DNA of 44,683 bases, from the UHGV virus genome UHGV-0176991, one strand, 5' to 3'. Below the pieces are notes generated by a model that worked only from the letters and a program-made list of their open reading frames with translations, was not told where the DNA came from and did no database searches. The position numbers and the translations under genes are program-made. Shown piece by piece: positions 7,309 through 15,609 of the stretch. The stretch's first letter is position 1, and each line of letters opens with the position of its first letter. The DNA comes from a virus.

Positions 7309-9572
7309 TCCAAATCCTCCTCTGTCACTGTCAGCATTTCATTCGGTTCGTATATTGTCTTCGGAATCTTGTTATCCGTTATCCGGGTGTTAAGTCTGTA
7401 ACGGCCCGGGATTATCTGATTGTTCTCGTCGGTACCCGGCACGAGATACCCAGCCTCAACCATTTTCTTAATCTTCCCGCGTTCTATGGCTTCTTTGGAG
7501 TTAAACGCCTTTGCGTTAGGGTCAGACTGTGCGAGCTTATTCGCTGCGGCTACCGTGATACCTTCGTTGCCGTTGTAGGTTCCTTCCGCCAGTTCAAACG
7601 CTGCCAGTATCGTGGCCTCTGAACCGTTGACTGCGTTCTCTACGGTTTTACGTACGTTTTCTTTACCTTCCTTTGTCAGCCCTTCTTCCCGCTCTTTCTC
7701 CTCGTCAGTTTTGAACGGCTCGAAGCCCCACGGCATCAGCACAAGCGCCTTGTGCGGCTCAGGCAGGTCGAGGTTTACGATTGTGCCATATACATCTGTG
7801 CTACCGGGGAACTCAACCGCGCGGTACTCTTTCGGCGGTGGCGCTTCACGAAACTGTACTGACTCAAGCACCATGCCAACCGTCTTCTGTTGAGGCCCGT
7901 GCTTAAATTTTGAGTGGTATACGTTTATCTGACGGTCGGTAGCGCGTTCGATTGTCAGCTCCACATCGACACCGGCATACAGCGCACCGCTACCACGAGC
8001 TTTCTTCCCACCCTTCGGCGTATGGTGGACAACACCCACCGCGGCTTTAGTAGCGTCACGTACTTCTTTCAGGATGGCGATAACTTTACCCATACCGATT
8101 GCCGTTGATGAACTGTTCTCGTCGAACTTATCAATCGTCAGGGCCAGCGTCTGGTTGAGAGTATCGAACGCAACCATGCCAATTGGTTCATCACCTGCAG
8201 TTTCGCGCATTAACTTAATCAGGCTTTTCAGTTTGCCGACTTCGCCCATATCGATAACATGTACATAATCTTTACCTTCCTCGCCATATTTAGCGGCGAG
8301 TGCATCGATACGAGTGCGTGTGGCTGCACCCCCCTCACCATCTATATAGAAATGGTGACATCGCTGGGTATCCGCCCCCGCAAACCGGTATCCGGCGGCG
8401 CTAAGATACATCATCCCCAGCGTATAGAATGATTTGTACGTGCCAGATTCCCCGACGATATCCCAGATACAATCCGATGGCATGTAACCTTCGACGACGA
8501 AATCAGCCTTTACCGGTTCCGGTAACTCGTCCTCCTCGGAGTCCTCGTCGTCTTCCAGGTCGTCGAGGCTGCATGAAACAGATTCACGTACACCCCAACC
8601 GATGGCCTCGGCGACTTCACTGAATGGCAGCCCAGTCGCATCGCACGCGTATTTCCACACATCTTTCGGCGACATGCCTTCGGTCGCCGTAATGTCGGTG
8701 TCGTGAATCATAGTTACGTTCGGCGCTTCGTATCCCTCGCGAGGGAAGCATAGCAGGAAGTCGTCCGTGCGCGGCGTCGGGTCGCTGTAGTTTTCTGCGT
8801 GTTCATGTGTAGCTGGCATCTTAAGGCCTCGGGGGGTCATGATGCCACCGTACTCGAACGCCAGTGCCTCGAACGCGTCTGTAAACGCGGTGCGCAGTTC
8901 TTCCGGTATCTGGTAATCCGATGCGCTGCTCACCTCGTAATCCGGGATGCCTTCCAGTAACTCGCCGGGGTCAATCAGGTCGTTGCGGCGCGACCAGATA
9001 ACCTGAGAGCCAACCGGCGGCAGATACATAGGCTGGGACAGAGTGAAACCGCTGCGGTCAGCGCCCATGCCTTTGAAGAAGTACTCAAGCAATCCGTGAC
9101 GAACACGGATGATGTCGCCACCCTCAACCGGGCGGGCCAGCGGCATGACGACGCGAAAGCGCGGTGACTCATCGGTATGGGATGCCGTGGTGTAGAGGCA
9201 CATTACCCGGCGGCTGCGTTTAACCAGGCGCACCGCGTCCTGATACTCTTCCGGCGTCGCACTGTCGAAGTCCAGATACGCCAGCGACGATTTGCTTACA
9301 GACGCGTCACAGCGGTAAAAGAAGCCTTTACGCGCCTGCTTAAAGTCACCAGTTTCCGGGTCTTTTACGGTGCTGTGCGTTGAGTCGCACGCGGCGGTGA
9401 TATAGCCGGGTGCGGTCTTCGGGTTAATCCCGTCACGAACGGAATCGAGCGGCTGGATTAACTCTTTCAGGTCGTCCAGCGTTGCCGTGTGTGTGGTTCT
9501 GACGTTTATATCCTTTTTCTCCGCCCGCGCGTTGCGACGAGACCACGAGTAGGATAAGATTACATCGGACAT
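7305..9572 (-). CDS. bifunctional primase-polymerase / RecA-fold helicase (primase-helicase)
   Basis: 755 aa; N-terminal LAYLDFD and TASHTDESPRFRVV (prim-pol-like), C-terminal Walker A-like IVGESGTYKSF and later VVHHTPKGG. Confidence 0.6.
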   Translation of the reverse strand: MSDVILSYSWSRRNARAEKKDINVRTTHTATLDDLKELIQPLDSVRDGINPKTAPGYITAACDSTHSTVKDPETGDFKQARKGFFYRCDASVSKSSLAYLDFDSATPEEYQDAVRLVKRSRRVMCLYTTASHTDESPRFRVVMPLARPVEGGDIIRVRHGLLEYFFKGMGADRSGFTLSQPMYLPPVGSQVIWSRRNDLIDPGELLEGIPDYEVSSASDYQIPEELRTAFTDAFEALAFEYGGIMTPRGLKMPATHEHAENYSDPTPRTDDFLLCFPREGYEAPNVTMIHDTDITATEGMSPKDVWKYACDATGLPFSEVAEAIGWGVRESVSCSLDDLEDDEDSEEDELPEPVKADFVVEGYMPSDCIWDIVGESGTYKSFYTLGMMYLSAAGYRFAGADTQRCHHFYIDGEGGAATRTRIDALAAKYGEEGKDYVHVIDMGEVGKLKSLIKLMRETAGDEPIGMVAFDTLNQTLALTIDKFDENSSSTAIGMGKVIAILKEVRDATKAAVGVVHHTPKGGKKARGSGALYAGVDVELTIERATDRQINVYHSKFKHGPQQKTVGMVLESVQFREAPPPKEYRAVEFPGSTDVYGTIVNLDLPEPHKALVLMPWGFEPFKTDEEKEREEGLTKEGKENVRKTVENAVNGSEATILAAFELAEGTYNGNEGITVAAANKLAQSDPNAKAFNSKEAIERGKIKKMVEAGYLVPGTDENNQIIPGRYRLNTRITDNKIPKTIYEPNEMLTVTEEDLE

Positions 9573-9630
9573 GTTGTATTTCCTTCAGCAAGTAATTTGG
9601 CCTCGGCGTTCACCGCGTCGGGGCTTTCTT

Positions 9631-9864
9631 TTATTCCAGGTCTTCTAAGGTGGCGGTCACCCCACGAACTTCTACAACGGCGCTATATTTTCCGCCAACA
9701 TTTTTCACGACACCAGATTTAACCAGCACCTTCAACGACCCTTCAATAATGGTGGAACTATAGTACTTAAAATAACTACGGCGCAAGTCGATAACGCTGC
9801 ACGACCCTTTTTTGCGTGTTAACGAAACGACCGCCGTAAATACGCGCGACTGGAACTCGGTCAT
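9631..9864 (-). CDS. hypothetical protein (possible winged-helix)
   Basis: 77 aa ORF. Confidence 0.4.
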   Translation of the reverse strand: MTEFQSRVFTAVVSLTRKKGSCSVIDLRRSYFKYYSSTIIEGSLKVLVKSGVVKNVGGKYSAVVEVRGVTATLEDLE

Positions 9865-10079
9865 TTTACGTTCTCCTTAATCCACGCTTCCACTTTCTCC
9901 CGGTCAAACGTACCAGGCTGACGGCGGCCCATAATGCGGATACAACAATCCGGGAACTTCCCACTCTTTAACCAGTTGTTCAGCGTGCGGCGAGTAACCC
10001 CGATACGCTCAGCTACCTCATTCTGCGTCATCTTTAATCTCCTTAATTGTTTCCCGCGCGAACGCTGTAGCTGTGCCAT
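9861..10079 (-). CDS. small HTH DNA-binding protein
   Basis: MTQNEVAERIGVTRRTLNNWLKSGKF helix-turn-helix; true start may be the internal ATG at 10031. Confidence 0.5.
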   Translation of the reverse strand: MAQLQRSRGKQLRRLKMTQNEVAERIGVTRRTLNNWLKSGKFPDCCIRIMGRRQPGTFDREKVEAWIKENVK

Positions 10080-10203
10080 ATTTATTGGGGCAGTATCTGC
10101 TCTCGTTATGTCCGTTAAACCACGCTTCTATAAGCAACTCTTTCAACTGCTCTTCTGTCAAAGTAACCATTCTCAAACCCTCATTATCAGTTAACGAAAC
10201 CAA
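10018..10203 (-). CDS. hypothetical small protein (start more likely at internal ATG 10170)
   Basis: ORF track only; first gene downstream of the predicted minus-strand promoter. Confidence 0.3.
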   Translation of the reverse strand: MVSLTDNEGLRMVTLTEEQLKELLIEAWFNGHNESRYCPNKYGTATAFARETIKEIKDDAE

Positions 10204-10231
10204 GTATACATTGCGAATAATGGGAAATCAA
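10203..10231 (-). promoter_or_regulatory. sigma70-type promoter (minus strand) TTGATT-17-TATACT
   Basis: Reverse complement TTGATTtcccattattcgcaatgTATACT at the head of the minus-strand early block. Confidence 0.4.
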
Positions 10232-10601
10232 ACATAATCGCACCTATTGACATTATGAAAATCTTCGTTTAAGGTGCTTCTATATCTTAGTTACTTTGAT
10301 TCCTGTTCACCTTGTAAGAATGTTTAACCCGTGCGTCAAGCAAAGGGTTAAACACAGGCTTACTGAACATGAGAATTATCGTAACTTTACTTCCTAAGTA
10401 TCTCCGGTTGCCTTGGGCAAGCTCTATTCTCATCGGCAGCATATCTCTTAAGTATCTGATTTTCTTAATATGCCGTAGATTCGCAACCGTAAAAATGTAA
10501 CGATTATTGGGCAGGCTTAAGGCCTGCCCTTTAGTTACCAAGTAAAAAGAATAAAGGCACAACAGTTTCTAAAGAATCACAACGGCATCGTAACTATTTA
10601 C

Positions 10602-10630
10602 TTGCACACCCCAACATAATAGGGTACTAT
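10602..10630 (+). promoter_or_regulatory. sigma70-type promoter (plus strand) TTGCAC-17-TACTAT
   Basis: ttgcacaccccaacataatagggtactattcac; near-identical 35-nt element also at 30933..30961 in reverse orientation. Confidence 0.5.
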
Positions 10631-10744
10631 TCACTTATCGGGGCGAGGCAGGGAGCCAACCTTTAATAAGGTCAGTAGCGGCGACGAGCATACGAAGAGT
10701 CGATAAGCCCGGTAAATAAATTAATGAAGAGAGAGAGAAGCCAG

Positions 10745-11038
10745 ATGAAAAAGTTAATAATAGCAGCAGCGGCAATTTTAGTTTCAGTAAACGCAACGGC
10801 AGCAGATAAAGTGATGTGCGATAACTTCGCAGATATTACTAAGGCTGTTGGTGTGCAGCGTGATGCCGGTTTAAGCCGGTCAACTATTTATATGGGGTTA
10901 CTGGAGATTACCAGCAAAGAAGTTAAAAATATTCTTAACTCTGCGGCTCTTGCCGCGACAGAAATCGCATTTGCAATGCCTGAAAAATCCCCAGAGGAAC
11001 TTTATACGTGGACCTACAACGACTGTGTGAAACACTAA
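10745..11038 (+). CDS. secreted/periplasmic small protein with signal peptide
   Basis: MKKLIIAAAAILVSVNATAADK signal-peptide-like N-terminus, two Cys; first gene of plus-strand block. Confidence 0.5.
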   Translation: MKKLIIAAAAILVSVNATAADKVMCDNFADITKAVGVQRDAGLSRSTIYMGLLEITSKEVKNILNSAALAATEIAFAMPEKSPEELYTWTYNDCVKH

Positions 11039-11154
11039 CGGCATCGAATCATGATGCCAGTGCCGACGACTCTGAGGGAGGTTGCCGTGAATAATTATCC
11101 GTTTATTTTAATTGTCAGCGCCGTTTATTTGGTGCACGCGTTGCGGGGGTTGGT

Positions 11155-11328
11155 ATGAGAGAAGCATTCGAACGGTGGGCCGTCGTCGAGGGGTTGCCGG
11201 TTAACAAGGGTTCGAAGAAAGAGTACCTGAACGTTAAGACGCGTCTCGCGTGGCGGGCGTGGAAAGCTGGTGCGCAAGCTCGTGCTGGTGTAACAGGTGG
11301 TGTAACAGGTGGTGTAACAGGTCAATAG
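11155..11328 (+). CDS. small protein ending in (GVTG)x3 encoded by a 12-nt tandem repeat
   Basis: Hand translation: MREAFERWAVVEGLPVNKGSKKEYLNVKTRLAWRAWKAGAQARAGVTGGVTGGVTGQ (57 aa, below ORF-track cutoff); GGGGG upstream of ATG. Confidence 0.4.
   Translation: MREAFERWAVVEGLPVNKGSKKEYLNVKTRLAWRAWKAGAQARAGVTGGVTGGVTGQ
11287..11322. repeat. tandem repeat, 12-nt unit GGTGTAACAGGT x3
   Basis: Three exact adjacent copies. Confidence 0.9.
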
Positions 11329-11465
11329 GTTACTATTTGGCTTTGTGACTTACGCTGCTACACAGCAGCGTATCATTTTTCTCATTTTTGTTCTATTTCA
11401 CCAAACGCAACAATCGAAGCGACTATTGCAGGAGGCGCAACAATACAAACACCAATAAAATTTAC

Positions 11466-11494
11466 TTGCACACTAAGATAGAATAGGCTACTAT
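11466..11494 (+). promoter_or_regulatory. sigma70-type promoter (plus strand) TTGCAC-17-TACTAT
   Basis: ttgcacactaagatagaataggctactattca. Confidence 0.5.
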
Positions 11495-11525
11495 TCATTT
11501 ACACGAACGAGAGGAGAGATGGAAG

Positions 11526-11654
11526 ATGAAAGATTATAGCGAAGTGACTTTAGGTGAGTTGCAGGACGAGTACGAAGATATGCTCTACCCGTTCATCTGC
11601 GACGGTGATTACAACGGCGTCTATAACGGAGTGAGCGAAGAATATGAACAATAA
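11526..11654 (+). CDS. hypothetical small protein (42 aa)
   Basis: ATG with GAGGAGAGA SD 8 nt upstream; overlaps start of next gene. Confidence 0.35.
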   Translation: MKDYSEVTLGELQDEYEDMLYPFICDGDYNGVYNGVSEEYEQ

Positions 11655-12288
11655 AAACGAAGTATTCGAGTACCTGATTGACCAACTACGGCAGCAGGTG
11701 AATAACAACCAGTGCGAAGACCTGGTGCACGAGGTGCAGTCACTTAAGAACCAGTTACGTGACGCGTCGGCGCAGATTAAGGAGTTACATCTGGCACTGG
11801 CCAAAGCTACTGGTGATGCGGAGGCGTACAAACTTATCCGCAAACAGGAGCAATCTGGTTGCCGTAAAGAAGATACTCAGGTTACAGAACCGTGGGTTAA
11901 GTGGGAGGGCGGGGAGTGCCCGGTGGACCGTGGCCAACAAGTTGACGTTATATTTCGGGATGGGGGGAGTGCCGGACCCCTCGGTGCCAGCTATTTCAGA
12001 TGGAAACACATCGGCAACATGGATGACGTCATCCGTTACCGTGTCGTAAGGCTGGATTGCAAGCACGATTGGATTATCGCTCCCGGATTGTTTATTGCCG
12101 AAGGCCACAAGGATAATGTGCCTGGTAGTCGGTTTTGCCGCGAGTGCGGTGCTCATGAGTGGGATGACCCAGAGTATGAACCGAAAGACCATACGCAGAA
12201 ATGCAAACACGAGTTGGAGTGGGGGCATTACTACCCTAACGGCGAACAGTATAGGCGTTGCGCTAAATGCGGGGTGATAGCCGAATGA
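11644..12288 (+). CDS. hypothetical protein, N-terminal coiled coil, C-terminal Cys/His zinc-ribbon repeats
   Basis: 214 aa; CRECGAHEW and CKHELEW...RCAKCG. Confidence 0.55.
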   Translation: MNNKNEVFEYLIDQLRQQVNNNQCEDLVHEVQSLKNQLRDASAQIKELHLALAKATGDAEAYKLIRKQEQSGCRKEDTQVTEPWVKWEGGECPVDRGQQVDVIFRDGGSAGPLGASYFRWKHIGNMDDVIRYRVVRLDCKHDWIIAPGLFIAEGHKDNVPGSRFCRECGAHEWDDPEYEPKDHTQKCKHELEWGHYYPNGEQYRRCAKCGVIAE

Positions 12289-12488
12289 CCAGCATCTTAT
12301 TTATCTGGGTACTGACCGCGGGTCATATGCAACTCGCGGCATCAGAAACGTTTTATTCTGTGGAGGCGTGCCAGTCAGCGGCACGCGCCGCAGAGAACGC
12401 GCACTTCCTGTTTCAGGGCGACAAGCCCAACGATTCAGAGGTACGCGCTATCTGCTCACCTAAGCGACTTGGTAAACAGGAGAAATAA
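12285..12488 (+). CDS. small protein with N-terminal hydrophobic/signal segment
   Basis: MTSILFIWVLTAGHMQLAAS...; start at ATG overlapping upstream stop (ATGA). Confidence 0.4.
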   Translation: MTSILFIWVLTAGHMQLAASETFYSVEACQSAARAAENAHFLFQGDKPNDSEVRAICSPKRLGKQEK

Positions 12489-12769
12489 TGTCTCTCGCAA
12501 CTGACATCCTGAAACGAAGCGGCCTTGCGCCGCTGTCGCCTAAAGTTAAGACGCGAGCGCGCAACTCAACGTACCGAGAACTGGCAGAACGGCGTAAAGC
12601 TATACGTGCCTGTGGGTTCCAGAACGGGAAGGCCGTGAATCTCGGTGAGTTTAAAACGCAGGAACGTGCCGCAGTCGCTAATCGGTTATTTAATTACTGG
12701 AAATCGCTGGGGTACGAGGATATTCCGACGAAACCGCAGAGACGGCAATACATATGGAGGCACAAATAA
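12488..12769 (+). CDS. small AP2-like DNA-binding protein
   Basis: GFQNGKAVNLGEFKTQERAAVANRLF resembles AP2 fold signature. Confidence 0.4.
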   Translation: MSLATDILKRSGLAPLSPKVKTRARNSTYRELAERRKAIRACGFQNGKAVNLGEFKTQERAAVANRLFNYWKSLGYEDIPTKPQRRQYIWRHK

Positions 12770-12844
12770 ACCGTTATTAAGATAATTCCTAACCGTGCTA
12801 TCCTCCAGTTACTGCATACTTAATACGCACCTGGAGGATTCATC

Positions 12845-13153
12845 TTGGATAAATTTACTGAAACAGTGACGGGGTGGCTTCTGGCTGCCGCACTAGCTGG
12901 CGGGGTAATCGGACTACGGCAACATAAGTCCGCTATTTCTGGCCCTATCGACGGATTCTGCTTTATCGCAACTGGATTCACTTGCGCCGTATTTGGTGCA
13001 CCTCTTGCTGCTCAATGGTTCGGTATTACCGGTGAGCGCGAGATAGCTGGCCTCGGATTCATCATCGCAATTCTCTGGATGCCCATCTATTCCCGTCTCT
13101 CCGGTATCGTAGCCGGAGAATACATCGCACGTAGAGGAGGCACGGATGAATGA
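12845..13153 (+). CDS. holin (multi-TM small membrane protein)
   Basis: 102 aa, three hydrophobic helices, immediately upstream of endolysin. Confidence 0.6.
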   Translation: MDKFTETVTGWLLAAALAGGVIGLRQHKSAISGPIDGFCFIATGFTCAVFGAPLAAQWFGITGEREIAGLGFIIAILWMPIYSRLSGIVAGEYIARRGGTDE

Positions 13154-13418
13154 GTTATTCTGGTTCGGCGGTATGCTGGCAATCGGGGGCACATCGCTGT
13201 TTAATGTGTATCATCCCAGCGTTGACGACGGATTATTTGGCCGGGTGCTCTATATCCTGACTGCTATTGTCTGCGCGGCCGGATGCATCCACCTGTTACA
13301 GGGTAGCATGTCCCCGACGCTGCCTGAGACGTTAATCACATTAGTTGCGCTGCGCCAGATTCGCCAGGCGTGGCTGTCATACGGAGGGCATAAGCGTGTC
13401 TCGAAATATTTCAGATAA
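13146..13418 (+). CDS. second small membrane protein of lysis cassette (holin/antiholin-like)
   Basis: 90 aa, two hydrophobic segments. Confidence 0.45.
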   Translation: MNELFWFGGMLAIGGTSLFNVYHPSVDDGLFGRVLYILTAIVCAAGCIHLLQGSMSPTLPETLITLVALRQIRQAWLSYGGHKRVSKYFR

Positions 13419-13881
13419 TGGATTGCATTTTACCGCAGCGTTTGAGGGGTTCCGCGGAACTGCGTACCGTGCTACGCCCAACGAGAAGTACCTGACTATT
13501 GGTTACGGGCATTACGGACCGGACGTAACACCGGGCAAGACCATCACACCTGGTCAGGGCCTCCTGCTACTGAATCGCGATATGGCTAAGGCTGTAGCCG
13601 CGGTTGACGCCGCAGCCCACCATTCGCTTACACAAGCTCAGTTCGATGCAGTGTGCGACCTGGTGTATAACGCAGGCGCTGGTGTGATTGCCGCTACTAC
13701 CGGCACGGGTAAGGCACTGCGTTCCGGTGATGTTGCGACGCTGCGGGCTAAGCTGGCGCTGTTCATCAACCAGAACGGCAAACCGATACTTGGACTGCGT
13801 CGTCGTACAGCCGGTCGTCTGGCGCTGTTCGACGGTAAACCGTGGCAGGAGGCTGAGTCTATCGGGAGGGCTGTTAAATGA
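13396..13881 (+). CDS. endolysin, glycoside hydrolase family 24 (T4/lambda R-type lysozyme)
   Basis: FEGFRGTAYRATPNEKYLTIGYGH catalytic signature; start set at GTG 13396 with GGAGGG SD (ORF track start 13345). Confidence 0.8.
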   Translation: MSRNISDNGLHFTAAFEGFRGTAYRATPNEKYLTIGYGHYGPDVTPGKTITPGQGLLLLNRDMAKAVAAVDAAAHHSLTQAQFDAVCDLVYNAGAGVIAATTGTGKALRSGDVATLRAKLALFINQNGKPILGLRRRTAGRLALFDGKPWQEAESIGRAVK

Positions 13882-14007
13882 TGGACGAATACGAAGGCGT
13901 TTAGTAAACTTATCCCTACTCCGCTTGTGCTTGCACACTAAGCCCCGGTAAACCTGAAGCAGCAGCCCAAGCGGTGGAGACTGCGTATGGTTCATGGGCT
14001 TATGACC

Positions 14008-14040
14008 AAAACCCGGACCGCGAATCCGGGTTTTATTTTA
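14008..14040 (+). terminator. intrinsic terminator
   Basis: acccgga-ccgcgaa-tccgggt followed by tttatttta. Confidence 0.65.
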
Positions 14041-14113
14041 CCAATTGACACCTGAGACTAATCCGACGATACTTAAATCACCTCCTGTTCCATCCCTCTG
14101 CTCTCCAGTTTTA

Positions 14114-14148
14114 TCCCGGCCCTGACCCAGCCGGGATTTTTTTTATCT
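14114..14148 (+). terminator. intrinsic terminator
   Basis: tcccggc-cctgaccca-gccggga followed by tttttttta. Confidence 0.65.
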
Positions 14149-14166
14149 ATTTTCTGTAATGACTAG

Positions 14167-14195
14167 TTGACTATTACCTTAGACCCTATTATATT
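14167..14195 (+). promoter_or_regulatory. sigma70-type promoter TTGACT-17-TATATT
   Basis: ttgactattaccttagaccctattatatt upstream of small-gene cluster. Confidence 0.5.
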
Positions 14196-14228
14196 TACTT
14201 CATCGACAACGAGAACGGAGTAGAGAAG

Positions 14229-14378
14229 ATGAAAATCACAGATATTGAAGCATTCAAAGACGCACAACTGATGGCACGCATCGCCGTTAGCAACCTGAGC
14301 AACAGTATCCCGGCGGATGCGTTCTGGTTCGCCGCGATGCAGACACTGAAAGCAGCTTATGCAGGAGAGAAGAAATGA
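14229..14378 (+). CDS. hypothetical small protein (49 aa)
   Basis: Hand translation; GGAG SD; ATGA overlap with next ORF. Confidence 0.4.
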   Translation: MKITDIEAFKDAQLMARIAVSNLSNSIPADAFWFAAMQTLKAAYAGEKK

Positions 14379-14533
14379 GCGAACACGGTGAAGTAAGCCA
14401 ACCATTACGAGTAGGCCGTAAAGTCAATCACACCCCGTTCCCGACACGCGAGGAACTGATGAAACGTAACAGTTTCCCGGGGCCGGACAAGAACAAGTAT
14501 CTCAATCGCATGTGGGGAGAGCGTAAAGAATGA
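14375..14533 (+). CDS. hypothetical small protein (52 aa)
   Basis: Hand translation; translationally coupled string. Confidence 0.4.
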   Translation: MSEHGEVSQPLRVGRKVNHTPFPTREELMKRNSFPGPDKNKYLNRMWGERKE

Positions 14534-14700
14534 AAAAGTTAATTGCAGATGTTGAGCTTGGCGATGTTATCCGTATTGATGATGACTACGGCGGCTACGA
14601 CGTAGTGGTGAAGCGCATCGAGTGGGATTCTATGTTGCCGTTTGTCACGATTAACCGCGAAATCATGTTCGCTAAAACTGATTGGGTAGAGGTTCGATAA
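14530..14700 (+). CDS. hypothetical small protein (56 aa)
   Basis: Hand translation; overlaps neighbours by 4 nt. Confidence 0.4.
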   Translation: MKKLIADVELGDVIRIDDDYGGYDVVVKRIEWDSMLPFVTINREIMFAKTDWVEVR

Positions 14701-14945
14701 TGACTGACCGCGAATACGAAAGGATGATGGTAGAGGCCGTTGACGGCGGCGTAGACATCGGACACGTGATGCACGTCCTGAATACTAAAATTGCAGTAGC
14801 CGAGCAAATGGTAGAGTCGCTTTATGAGACGCGCCGTGAACTGATTAACCGCTTCAACCTGAACAAGTGCGAACATGAGTTCGACTACAATCCGAAGGAT
14901 ATGTGCGGGCAGTGTATTAAATGCGGGGTACAGCGTCATGCCTAA
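14700..14945 (+). CDS. small zinc-ribbon protein (CEHEF...CGQCIKCG)
   Basis: Start at internal ATG 14700 of ORF 14682..14945. Confidence 0.5.
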   Translation: MTDREYERMMVEAVDGGVDIGHVMHVLNTKIAVAEQMVESLYETRRELINRFNLNKCEHEFDYNPKDMCGQCIKCGVQRHA

Positions 14946-15177
14946 AATCACAATAGCATCACTCGAACGCCGTATTCTGGTGCTTGAGTCTGAGAAACAG
15001 ACGTTAGGCGGGCAACTGTCAATTAACGGTGAGTTTCAACTGGAGGCGTTTAAGTTGTTGCTTGATAAGTTGAAAGAGGGTGAAAAGCCTTGTGCACATG
15101 ACTACTACCTACATGTGGTTGGTGGGTTACATCGCGCCACATGCATTAAGTGCGGTGAAACGTATGGAGTCGCCTAA
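14938..15177 (+). CDS. small zinc-ribbon protein (CAHDYY...CIKCG)
   Basis: Start at internal ATG of ORF 14875..15177. Confidence 0.5.
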   Translation: MPKITIASLERRILVLESEKQTLGGQLSINGEFQLEAFKLLLDKLKEGEKPCAHDYYLHVVGGLHRATCIKCGETYGVA

Positions 15178-15346
15178 ACCAGTAGTTATTGATGGCGTCC
15201 TGTGGAAACCCTACTCGGTTAACCACATCGACGCCGACGGGAAGAAGTTCAGCTTCTACATTTTTGCGATTAGCCGTGAGCACGCCGCCTGTGTGGTAGA
15301 CGATATACGAGAAACGGCGCGGCTTGGTGACGAGATAGTGGGGTGA
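15164..15346 (+). CDS. hypothetical small protein
   Basis: Internal ATG of ORF 15080..15346. Confidence 0.35.
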   Translation: MESPKPVVIDGVLWKPYSVNHIDADGKKFSFYIFAISREHAACVVDDIRETARLGDEIVG

Positions 15347-15609
15347 GTATGGAACAGATTGAACAACTCAAGAAGAACAACAAAGACCTAAAGAAGGCGC
15401 TTGATAGGATTAACGGTAAGTATTCAAAAGCAACTCAGGAACTAACCGCTGCGAAACTGGAGATTGAACACTTAACGCGTGTTCGCGACATTCTGGAGAA
15501 CGCAGAAACTTTGCGTAGGCAACGGGCGTGGACGAATACAACCGTATCAATTCTGATTGGTGTTGCGGTTGGAATGTTAGTTATGTGGGGTATCGGGTAT
15601 GTTCAGTGA
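15343..15609 (+). CDS. coiled-coil protein with C-terminal transmembrane segment
   Basis: 88 aa; VSILIGVAVGMLVMWGIGYV. Confidence 0.45.
   Translation: MSMEQIEQLKKNNKDLKKALDRINGKYSKATQELTAAKLEIEHLTRVRDILENAETLRRQRAWTNTTVSILIGVAVGMLVMWGIGYVQ

Noticed and set aside
3875-7325. TEEDLE C-terminus shared by exonuclease and primase-helicase as a functional protein motif
   Set aside because: The identity is at the DNA level (21 nt) and coincides with the SD/ATG of the downstream gene, so it is better explained as a duplicated initiation cassette; the third EDLE-ending protein (9631..9864) uses different codons and is probably coincidence.
10287-10562. 91-codon minus-strand ORF in the large intergenic interval
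   Set aside because: No SD, overlaps promoter and hairpin elements, AT-rich odd composition; interval more plausibly regulatory.
11287-11322. Possible CRISPR array
   Set aside because: Only three directly adjacent 12-nt units with no spacers; this is a simple in-frame tandem repeat, and no other direct-repeat array was seen.
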